From Gemmatimonadota bacterium (GTDB lineage Bacteria; Gemmatimonadota; Gemmatimonadetes; Palauibacterales; Palauibacteraceae), in NCBI GenBank assembly GCA_039587445.1, contig JBDHIM010000002.1, forward strand, positions 14,456 through 78,455: a stretch of DNA of 64,000 nt. The letters run 5' to 3'. The notes below the pieces were generated by a model that worked only from the letters and a program-made list of their open reading frames with translations, searched no databases and had not been told where the DNA came from. Within the stretch, counting starts at the first letter, position 1. Each line of letters starts with the position of its first letter. Positions 26,048-33,494 of the stretch are shown here, in pieces. A program made the position numbers and the translations under genes.

Positions 26048-27865
26048 TTGCTTCGGTTGTCGAGCCAGCAAAGCTCTCCCCTTAGCACCAACCGTGTCCT
26101 CTATTGGATTTATGCGGGACGGTTGGTTGTCTGTCTTGCCATCTTCGGGACGGCCATCGTCGTGGGGGACCTGTGGCAGGCTTCGGGAGCCCCCGCGATT
26201 CCGGGCTTTCGCTCGATCGCGATCGCCGGGCTCGGGGCCGCGGCGCTCGTTACCCCGCTCGCCTACTGGTACAGCCACGTCAGCACGCAGACTCCTGGCC
26301 GGGTTTTCCTTCTCTCGCAAGCTCTGCTGGATCTGCTGCTCATAACAGGTATCGTCCACATCACCGGCGGAAGCCAGAGCGCCTTCCCGCCACTTCTCTA
26401 CATCGCGTTCGTTTCGGGATACGCGCTCACACTCCCGTTCTCCCATGCTCTGCTGCTGGCGTTCTCGGCGGGTCTCGTCTACCTGCTGGATCTCGTCGCG
26501 GCCTACCCTGCGCAGCTTTCGGGCGCGGTGCTCTTCCAGGTCGCCGTCTTCGCCATCGTGGCGATGGTTGCGAGCATCATCGGCGGTCGGCTTCGGCAGG
26601 CGGCCCAGGAGCTCCGGACGATCGAGGGCGAGCTGAAGCGTCTTCGCCTCGGAACAGCCGACGTTCTGCGCACGTTGAGCTCCGGCGTGATCACCGTGGA
26701 TGAGTCCGGGCAGGTAGCCTACATGAACCCCGCGGCCGCGGAGCTCCTGGATGTTGATCCGGACGGCTGGTTGGGCCGTGATCTGCTTCCGGAGCTGAAC
26801 GACCGAGCCCCCGAGATCGCGCGCGCCGTGCGCGAAACCATCCGAACGAGAAGGGCGGTCAGGGATCGGGAGGCGCAGGTCGACGGATCGTTTTCACCCT
26901 CCCGCCGGGACCAGCTCGAGCTCTCCAAGGGTGCGTCGGTTTATGGCAGCGACGGCGGGGGGAGCGAACCGGTCCCAGGTGACGCCGCCGGGCTGCCCCT
27001 CTCGGTGAGTACGGCCCTGCACGCCCCTCCCGAGGCCCCTCCTTCCGTGACCGTCGTGATGCAGGATATGCGTCCCGCGCGTCAACTCGAGAGTTTGCGG
27101 CTCCGCACCGGGCGCCTGGAGGCAGTCGCCGAGCTTTCCGCCTCGCTGGCCCACGAGATCCGGAACCCGATGGCCTCGATCCGCAGCGCTGCCGAGCAGC
27201 TCGCGCGCCGCGCGAAAGGAGGCGACGAGGAACAGCTTCTCACCGGCCTGATCGTTCGCGAATCCGACCGCCTGAACCGGCTGCTCGGAGAGTTCAACAA
27301 CTTCGCCCGGGTGGACGTCGTCGAGCGCAAGCAGATCGATCTGGAACGCATGATCCGGGAGGTCGTCCATGTGGTCGGCCAGCGTCCCGAGGCCGAGAAC
27401 CGCGCCCAATTCGAGGTGGAAGTGCGTGGGCAGCTGGATGACCTTTGGGGCGATCCGGACCTTCTGCACCGGATTCTCCTGAACCTCGTTCTGAACGCCG
27501 TGCAGGCGGTCGGAGAGGCTGGCCCGGTGCGCGTGCGGGTCGTGGCCGACACGCTGGGTCCCGTGTTCGTGCCTGGCCGCGTCGAGCTCGGCCATCCCGT
27601 CCGGATTCGCGTCATCGACGACGGACCCGGCATCGAGCCCGCGGACATGAGCCGGATCTTCGACCCCTTCTTCACCAAGCGGAAGGGGGGCACGGGGATG
27701 GGATTGTCGATCGCCTATCGAGCCGTCCAGGCCCACGGGGGGGTGCTCTTGGCCAGCTCCGAGCTGGGTAAGGGCGCCACCTTCTCCATCATCATCCCGC
27801 GTCGTGATCTCGAGAACCGGCTCTCCGAGATCCAATCACCCGAACCCATAACGAGCGAGCTATGA
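26048..27865 (+). CDS. pilS: Sensor histidine kinase, PilS-like (multi-TM N-terminus, PAS, HisKA, HATPase_c)
   Basis: About six N-terminal TM helices. H-box SLAHEIRNPMASI, N-box LLNLVLNAVQA, and G-boxes DDGPGI / GTGMGLSIA. Positioned with pilR and pilA. Confidence 0.8.
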   Translation: MLRLSSQQSSPLSTNRVLYWIYAGRLVVCLAIFGTAIVVGDLWQASGAPAIPGFRSIAIAGLGAAALVTPLAYWYSHVSTQTPGRVFLLSQALLDLLLITGIVHITGGSQSAFPPLLYIAFVSGYALTLPFSHALLLAFSAGLVYLLDLVAAYPAQLSGAVLFQVAVFAIVAMVASIIGGRLRQAAQELRTIEGELKRLRLGTADVLRTLSSGVITVDESGQVAYMNPAAAELLDVDPDGWLGRDLLPELNDRAPEIARAVRETIRTRRAVRDREAQVDGSFSPSRRDQLELSKGASVYGSDGGGSEPVPGDAAGLPLSVSTALHAPPEAPPSVTVVMQDMRPARQLESLRLRTGRLEAVAELSASLAHEIRNPMASIRSAAEQLARRAKGGDEEQLLTGLIVRESDRLNRLLGEFNNFARVDVVERKQIDLERMIREVVHVVGQRPEAENRAQFEVEVRGQLDDLWGDPDLLHRILLNLVLNAVQAVGEAGPVRVRVVADTLGPVFVPGRVELGHPVRIRVIDDGPGIEPADMSRIFDPFFTKRKGGTGMGLSIAYRAVQAHGGVLLASSELGKGATFSIIIPRRDLENRLSEIQSPEPITSEL

Positions 27866-29229
27866 GCCAGAAACCAGTACTCCTGTTGATTGATGATGAG
27901 CAGAGCGTTCACGATGCCCTCGGCGTTCTCCTCAAGGATGAAGGGTTCGACGTGGTTTCCGCGCTCACGGGCACCGACGGGCTGGACAGGTTCCAGGAGA
28001 TGAAGCCCGACATCGTGCTCAGCGACATCCGGATGCCGAAGATGACCGGCGTAGAGGTGCTTCAGGAGATCCGAGAGCGTGACCCGAGCACACCTGTCGT
28101 CCTTCTGACGGCGCAGGCATCCCTGCAGTCGGCGATTCAGGCGGTGAATCTGGGTGCGACTCACTACGTGCAGAAGCCGTGGGTGAACGAGGAACTCCTG
28201 GCCGTCCTACGCCGCTCGCTCTCCTATGGTGTGGTGGCGCGGGAAAACACCCGCCTCAAGAAGGAGCTGCGCAAGCGGGACACCCACGACGTTCTTCGGC
28301 CGATCGGCCAGAGCTCGAGTTTCCGCAAGGCGCTCGATCTGGCCGAGTCGGTGGCCTCCAGCGAGTCCACGATCCTGATTCGCGGCGAGAGCGGAAGCGG
28401 AAAGGAGGTGTTCGCGCGCTACATTCACGAGCTCTCCGACCGCTCGGACCGACGTTTCCTCTCCTTGAACTGTGCGGCGCTACCCGAGGGTCTGCTGGAG
28501 TCTGAGCTCTTCGGTCACGTGAAGGGCTCGTTCACGGGAGCCGTTCGCGACAAGGAAGGGCTCTTCGTGGCCGCATCCACCGGGAGCTTCTTCCTCGACG
28601 AAGTCGGGGAGATGGCGCCCTCCACCCAGGTCAAGCTGCTCCGGGTGCTTCAGCAGCGGGAGGTGATTCCGGTCGGCTCCACGAAGGCGGTGGCTGTTGA
28701 CGTGCGGTTGATCGCGGCGACCAATCGTGATCTCGAGAGGGACATCGAGCAGGGGCGCTTCCGCCGCGACCTCTACTACCGGCTGAACGTGATCTCGGTG
28801 GAGATCCCGGCGCTCAGAGAACGAGAGGAAGACATTCCGTTGTTGGCCGAGCATTTCCTGGCGCGGCACGCCGAAGAAGATGATACGGCCCCGACGAAGC
28901 TTTCGGCCGACGCGATGACGATCCTCCAGGCCTACAACTGGCCTGGCAACGTTCGAGAGCTGGAGAACGTGGTCGAGCGCGCGGTGGTTCTGACCTCCGG
29001 CGCGACGATCGACGCAAGCGCTCTCCCGACTCGACTCAAGGAGCCGCCGTCGGTTCCGCTCGTTCAGGAGACGTCGCCGGCGAACCCGAGCCTGGAGGTC
29101 ATCGAGCGGGCCTACATCGAGCACGTTCTCAAGGCCGAGGCCGGCAACAAGACCCGAGCGGCCGAGGTGTTGGGAATCGACCCCAGTACGCTGTACCGGA
29201 AGATCAAGAGGTACGAGTTGGAGGCCTGA
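27862..29229 (+). CDS. pilR: Sigma-54-dependent response regulator, PilR-like (REC + AAA+ + Fis-type HTH)
   Basis: Canonical receiver (LLIDDE, LSDIRMP, K in YVQKPW). AAA+ domain with GESGSGKE and GSFTGA (GAFTGA variant). C-terminal HTH RAAEVLGIDPSTLYRKIK. ATGA overlap with pilS. Confidence 0.85.
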   Translation: MSQKPVLLLIDDEQSVHDALGVLLKDEGFDVVSALTGTDGLDRFQEMKPDIVLSDIRMPKMTGVEVLQEIRERDPSTPVVLLTAQASLQSAIQAVNLGATHYVQKPWVNEELLAVLRRSLSYGVVARENTRLKKELRKRDTHDVLRPIGQSSSFRKALDLAESVASSESTILIRGESGSGKEVFARYIHELSDRSDRRFLSLNCAALPEGLLESELFGHVKGSFTGAVRDKEGLFVAASTGSFFLDEVGEMAPSTQVKLLRVLQQREVIPVGSTKAVAVDVRLIAATNRDLERDIEQGRFRRDLYYRLNVISVEIPALREREEDIPLLAEHFLARHAEEDDTAPTKLSADAMTILQAYNWPGNVRELENVVERAVVLTSGATIDASALPTRLKEPPSVPLVQETSPANPSLEVIERAYIEHVLKAEAGNKTRAAEVLGIDPSTLYRKIKRYELEA

Positions 29230-29242
29230 CACCGGCGCTATG

Positions 29243-29264
29243 GGGGAGCGTTTCGAAGCTCCCC
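29243..29264 (+). terminator. Hairpin after pilR (GGGGAGC-N8-GCTCCCC)
   Basis: 7-bp GC-rich stem 14 nt after the stop. The U-tail is weak. Confidence 0.35.
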
Positions 29265-29295
29265 TGCCAAGTCCACGTGCCGCAGCGAGGATTCT

Positions 29296-29329
29296 TTGCA
29301 GGAGGGCCATCCCTCCATGCATCCTGCAA
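29296..29329 (+). promoter_or_regulatory. Candidate enhancer dyad (TTGCAGGA-N18-TCCTGCAA) about 100 bp upstream of the pilA sigma-54 promoter
   Basis: Perfect 8-bp inverted repeat read from the sequence. The distance is appropriate for a bEBP upstream activating site. The assignment to PilR is inference. Confidence 0.3.
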
Positions 29330-29417
29330 CGACAACCGGGTTTTTCTGCCAAGACCGGACCCGGTGAACACATCGTAACTTAACGCATGACAGTATCTTA
29401 TGCGCCCTTCACTGAAA

Positions 29418-29432
29418 GGGCATAGCAGTTGC
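29418..29432 (+). promoter_or_regulatory. Sigma-54 (-24/-12) promoter of pilA
   Basis: GGGCAT-AGCAG-TTGC compared with consensus TGGCAC-N5-TTGC: GG and GC are at the correct 10-nt spacing. It lies about 80 nt upstream of the pilA ATG and downstream of a sigma-54 activator gene. Confidence 0.7.
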
Positions 29433-29513
29433 CCTTTCAGGGCGACGGTAAGAGCGCTTCCCCGCCGCCAACACCGCGATCGGCAGGGGCAAACAGAAAC
29501 AGGAGAGATTAGA

Positions 29514-29918
29514 ATGCTCCGCGAGAAACTCCACGACTCGAAAGGCTTCACGCTCATCGAGCTGCTGATCGTGGTGGTGATCATCGGTATTCTGGCCGCG
29601 ATCGCCATTCCGCAGTTCGCGAGCACCAAGGAGAAGGCGTACGACGCGTCCGCGAAGACCGACACGCGGAACATGATGGCTGCACAGGAAGGACACTTCT
29701 CCAACCAAAACACCTACTGGGGCGGTAGCGTCAGCGCAGCCACGGACGGTGGGACCGCCGACATGGGTGGCGACACCTTCCGCGCCAGCCCGAACGTGGC
29801 CATCACGGCGACGTCCGCGACCAACGGCTACACGATCGAGTCGAACCATACCTCGTCGGGGACGAGTTGGTGCGTCGACACGACTCCAGGCGCCAACGCG
29901 AGCGTGCACAGCTGCTAG
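29514..29918 (+). CDS. pilA: Type IVa major pilin PilA
   Basis: ATG at 29514 after AGGAGA. Class III signal MLREKLHDSKG|FTLIELLIVVVIIGILAAIAIPQF with Glu+5. The C-terminal Cys...Cys pair (WCVDTTPGANASVHSC) forms a disulfide loop. Confidence 0.9.
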   Translation: MLREKLHDSKGFTLIELLIVVVIIGILAAIAIPQFASTKEKAYDASAKTDTRNMMAAQEGHFSNQNTYWGGSVSAATDGGTADMGGDTFRASPNVAITATSATNGYTIESNHTSSGTSWCVDTTPGANASVHSC

Positions 29919-29998
29919 CCTGACGGCGGGAAGCGTGGCCTCGGTTTGCGGGCCGAGGCGAGGCGGGGGCCGGCCGTGCGCTGGTTGGCCCGGGCTCG

Positions 29999-30037
29999 AG
30001 AGGCGTGGCGGTACGACCGCCACGCCTCTTTCTTTAT
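29999..30037 (+). terminator. Strong intrinsic terminator after pilA
   Basis: Perfect 14-bp stem AGAGGCGTGGCGGT-acg-ACCGCCACGCCTCT (29999-30029) followed by TTCTTTAT. Confidence 0.8.
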
Positions 30038-30118
30038 GCGGTCTCTCTCGCGGTCGGGCGTCCTCCTGTGATCAGGGCCCCGCGCCGGTTGTCGGCCCCG
30101 AACGGATCGAGAGTCGTG

Positions 30119-32566
30119 ATGTCGGAGCGGTCGGACAGTTCTCGGAGTGTGATCGCGATCGGAGCGGTCGTTCTCCTCGGCGGCGCCTTCCTGTGGGAGG
30201 TCCTCTCGCTGACGGGCGTTCCCATCGCTCGGGACATGCAGCTCTTCTTCCTTCCCCAACGCCGTCTGCTTTGGGCTTCCCTGCAAGCGGGCCACCTGCC
30301 ACTGTGGACGCCCTTCCTCGGTACCGGGGTACCGCTCCTGGCCAACTTCCAGTCCGGTGCCTTCTATCCACCGAACTGGGTCTACGCCGTCTTGCCCTTC
30401 TTCGAGGCGTTCAACGGCCTCCTCGTGCTCCACTTCGTGCTCGGGGGCGCGTTCATGTACCTGTTTGCTCGGGCCGCCGATTTCGGCCGATCCTCGGCCA
30501 GCGCGGCCGCCATCGGGTACATGCTGGGCGGCTACTTCGTGTCGCTCACCAACCTGCTGAACGTACTGCAGGCGGCCGCCTGGGCTCCGGCGGTCTGCTG
30601 GGCCATCCTTCTTTACGCCAAATCGCGTTCGACCAGGACGTTCGCCCTTCTGGTGGCCGTCCTCTGGCTGGCGTTCATCGCCGGCGAGCCCCTCACCTTC
30701 GCGCTGGCCGTCGCCCTCGGCGGTGGCTACGGGGTCGTGAGGTGCCTGCGAGACCGTTCGCGGCGCGGCGCACTCGTCCTGATCGTCTCTCTGGGCCTGG
30801 CAGGACTGTTGGTCGGAGGCTTGGCGGCGATGCAGGTGCTTCCCACCGCCGAGTTCGTGTCGGAGTCCGACCGGGCCGGGGGCTTGAGCTACGAGGAATC
30901 CGAGCGTTATCACCTGGAGCCGGTCCGCTTGATCCACCTGGCCGTGCCGCCCGAGTACGGCGACCCGGTCTATCGCTTCGGCCGCAAGGCTCTGCTTGTA
31001 ACCGTCGAGCCCTGGCTGTTCTCGGTCTACCTGGGCGCCGTGGCTCTCGTTCTGATCGCGGCCGCGCGACTGGACCGCGGTAGGCTTCCGGAGACGCTCT
31101 ACTGGGCCGCCGTCGGGGCACTCGGGCTGATCCTTTCGCTGGGTGACGCTACCCCTATCTACGGATTCCTGTATCGTCACCTTCCCGGCTTCGCCTCCTT
31201 CCGCTTCCCCGAGCGCTTTCTCTTTCTGACCGGGTTCTCGGCGGCGATGCTGGCCGCCACCGGTCTGTCGGCGCTGCGCACGGTTCAGCGACCCGTCCGC
31301 CTGGATGGCGTGCTGGGAATCGGGGCTCTGACCGTCGTGACCGGAATCCCGATCGCCTGGTCGGTCTACGCGGAACCGCTGAGAGTGTGGGGAGAGGAGC
31401 ATCTGCCCGAGGCTCCGTTCTTCCAGAATTTCGCCTTCGCCCATGCCATGTGGGAGGGCAACCTCTGGCGGGTCGCGGTGCTGGTTGCGATATCGCTCCT
31501 CGTCATCACGCTCTACAGGCGCGGGATCTTCCGCGAATCGCTGCTGGTGGCGCTATTGCTGGGTCTCCTGACGCTCGACCTGTGGACTGCACACCGTCAG
31601 CTGACTCCGGTGGCCGATCGCAGCTTCTTCGAGAAGGCGCCCGTTCTCGCTAGCCTCATGCCCTTCGAGGCGCTGCGGACCGATTACCGATATCGCGCCA
31701 GCCCGTTCGACGAGGACATCACCCGTTTTCACACGCTGCCCGGCCTCTCGCTGGAGTCGGAAAAATGGACGTGGCAGCAGACGGTCCAGCCGAACCTGGG
31801 CGTGCTGCAGGGAATACTCACGCACGATTCCGGTGATGCCATTCATCTGTCGCGGGGGGTCGACCAATCGACATTCCTAGCCATGCTTCCCAACGAAAGC
31901 CGCTGGCGCATTCTTCGACTCGCGAGCGTTCGCTGGGTCTACAGTTTCCACGGATTCGAGCCGGATCTCTACGAGAGCCGCACCCGTCTCGACTCCCTTC
32001 CGGGCTTCGTGTACGAGTTGAGGGATCCACTGCCGCGTGCGTACCTGGCCGAGGAAGCGGTGCTCGTCGATGAGGAGATCGAGGCGTTCAATGCATCGAT
32101 CACGCGCGAGTTCGATCCGCGTCGCCAGGTGGCGCTACTCGCGACGGGGGCTGCAAAGGCGGGTCTCCCGCCGGCACAGGCCCGCGTCGATGGCGCGGAT
32201 GACGGGAGCGACACCGCTTCCCAGCCCGCCGCGGAGATCGTTGCCGATGAAGGGACGGAAATCCGAATCTCGGTGTCGCCGACGGTGGCGGGGTATCTCG
32301 TGTTGACCGACTCCAATTACCCGGGCTGGAGCGCCCACGTGGACGGAGAGGAGCGGCCGATCCTGTTGGCCAACTACTTCTACCGGGCCGTTCCGGTACG
32401 CCCGGGCGACCACGAGGTCGTCTTCACCTATCGCTCTCGCCCCTTCGAGCTCGGCCGGTGGATCTCGGCAGCGACGCTCGTTCTACTGGCCATCGGGCTC
32501 GGACTCGTTCCCGTGATGCGTCAGCGGATGCTAGCCGGGTCGCGCGGAGGTTTGCCGGCCGATTAG
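30119..32566 (+). CDS. YfhO-family / GT-C-fold polytopic membrane protein (putative glycosyltransferase)
   Basis: I prefer the start at MSERSD (30119) because the track start at 30005 lies inside the pilA terminator. The N-terminal ~500 aa have many TM helices with the YfhO-like opening (ARDMQLFFLPQRRLLWASLQAGHLPLWTPFLGTGVPLLANFQSGAFYPPNW). A large C-terminal soluble domain and a final TM follow. Confidence 0.7.
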   Translation: MSERSDSSRSVIAIGAVVLLGGAFLWEVLSLTGVPIARDMQLFFLPQRRLLWASLQAGHLPLWTPFLGTGVPLLANFQSGAFYPPNWVYAVLPFFEAFNGLLVLHFVLGGAFMYLFARAADFGRSSASAAAIGYMLGGYFVSLTNLLNVLQAAAWAPAVCWAILLYAKSRSTRTFALLVAVLWLAFIAGEPLTFALAVALGGGYGVVRCLRDRSRRGALVLIVSLGLAGLLVGGLAAMQVLPTAEFVSESDRAGGLSYEESERYHLEPVRLIHLAVPPEYGDPVYRFGRKALLVTVEPWLFSVYLGAVALVLIAAARLDRGRLPETLYWAAVGALGLILSLGDATPIYGFLYRHLPGFASFRFPERFLFLTGFSAAMLAATGLSALRTVQRPVRLDGVLGIGALTVVTGIPIAWSVYAEPLRVWGEEHLPEAPFFQNFAFAHAMWEGNLWRVAVLVAISLLVITLYRRGIFRESLLVALLLGLLTLDLWTAHRQLTPVADRSFFEKAPVLASLMPFEALRTDYRYRASPFDEDITRFHTLPGLSLESEKWTWQQTVQPNLGVLQGILTHDSGDAIHLSRGVDQSTFLAMLPNESRWRILRLASVRWVYSFHGFEPDLYESRTRLDSLPGFVYELRDPLPRAYLAEEAVLVDEEIEAFNASITREFDPRRQVALLATGAAKAGLPPAQARVDGADDGSDTASQPAAEIVADEGTEIRISVSPTVAGYLVLTDSNYPGWSAHVDGEERPILLANYFYRAVPVRPGDHEVVFTYRSRPFELGRWISAATLVLLAIGLGLVPVMRQRMLAGSRGGLPAD

Positions 32567-32625
32567 GAGCGTTCGACGGATCCAGTGGTTGATCGGAGCT
32601 TGAGAAACTCTCCGATTCTCGCTCC

Positions 32626-33072
32626 ATGCAGCTCACGACATCCAGTGCCGGTTTCACGCTTCTCAGGCTTCTAGTCGCCATCGCGCTCCTGGGCATGGTT
32701 CTCACCGCATCCATCTCCGGCGCGCGCTCCCTGGCCGGAAGCGCGGAGCTCGCCGGCGCATCTCGAGTCGTCCGAGGACACCTCGTCTATGCCCGCACGG
32801 TGGCGATCGCGCGGCGTGAGGTCGTCGGGCTCACGCTGACTCCGACGGGCGAGCTCCTTCTCGTCGACTCCCGAGACTCCGTGGTTCGCCGCACGCCTCT
32901 GCTGGGCGTCGACGGATTTCGTCTCGATTCGGCCAGCCTTCGGCCCACCGTCCTCAGATTCAACGCTCGCGGCCAGGCTGCCCCTGGAAGCGTCTACCTT
33001 CACGTCGGAGGGTCCGGCATCCGTCTGGTGATGAACTTCGTCGGCCGCATTCGAGAGGAGAAGCTCCGGTGA
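32626..33072 (+). CDS. GspH/FimT-like minor pilin
   Basis: Prepilin-type N-terminus MQLTTSSAG|FTLLRLLVAIALLGMVL. The remainder resembles the GspH/FimT fold pattern (RVVRGHLVYARTVAIARRE...LRFNARGQ). Confidence 0.65.
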   Translation: MQLTTSSAGFTLLRLLVAIALLGMVLTASISGARSLAGSAELAGASRVVRGHLVYARTVAIARREVVGLTLTPTGELLLVDSRDSVVRRTPLLGVDGFRLDSASLRPTVLRFNARGQAAPGSVYLHVGGSGIRLVMNFVGRIREEKLR

Positions 33073-33494
33073 CCGGATCCTCTCCCGTCGGCCTCGAGGG
33101 GTGTGGCCTCATCGAGGTGATCGTGGCGCTGACGGTTCTCTCGGTCGGCCTGCTCGCCACCGCCGGCCTCGTGCGCGCCGTCTCTTGGCAGGCCGAGCTG
33201 GCACGTTCCGAAGGCGACGCGGCCCTCCTTGCGCAGCAACAGATCGAGACGGCGCTGTCGGAGCGCACGTCAGCACCCTCCTCACGCGGGGACACGCTCC
33301 ACTTCGGAAACCGGGAGTACGCCGTAGGAGTCACTCTCGAGGCCGCCGGACCGGCACTCGAGCGCATACGTATCGACGTGGTCCAGGTCGGCCCGCCCGG
33401 CTTCGGCAACCGTCTGCCGAACGTCCGGTCCTATGGCACCCGACGCCGACGCCCTCTGCCCCGATTGGTGCCCCCAGCCAGCGCCATCCCGTGA
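33069..33494 (+). CDS. PilV-like minor pilin
   Basis: GTGA overlap with the upstream gene. Prepilin-like N-terminus ...LEG|CGLIEVIVALTVLSVGLLA with Glu+5. Confidence 0.6.
   Translation: MTGSSPVGLEGCGLIEVIVALTVLSVGLLATAGLVRAVSWQAELARSEGDAALLAQQQIETALSERTSAPSSRGDTLHFGNREYAVGVTLEAAGPALERIRIDVVQVGPPGFGNRLPNVRSYGTRRRRPLPRLVPPASAIP

Noticed and set aside
30005-30118. Track start at 30005 for the 853-aa ORF
   Set aside because: It falls inside the 14-bp-stem pilA terminator, and the first 38 codons are Arg/Pro-rich. The ATG at 30119 (MSERSD...) precedes the first TM helix.
29915-31444. 509-aa minus-strand ORF and the 444-aa plus-strand alternative-frame ORF (29749..31083)
   Set aside because: Both overlap the YfhO-like membrane protein frame, which has coherent TM helices. 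The alternatives are Arg/Gly/Pro-rich low-complexity translations, and 29749..31083 also runs through the pilA terminator.
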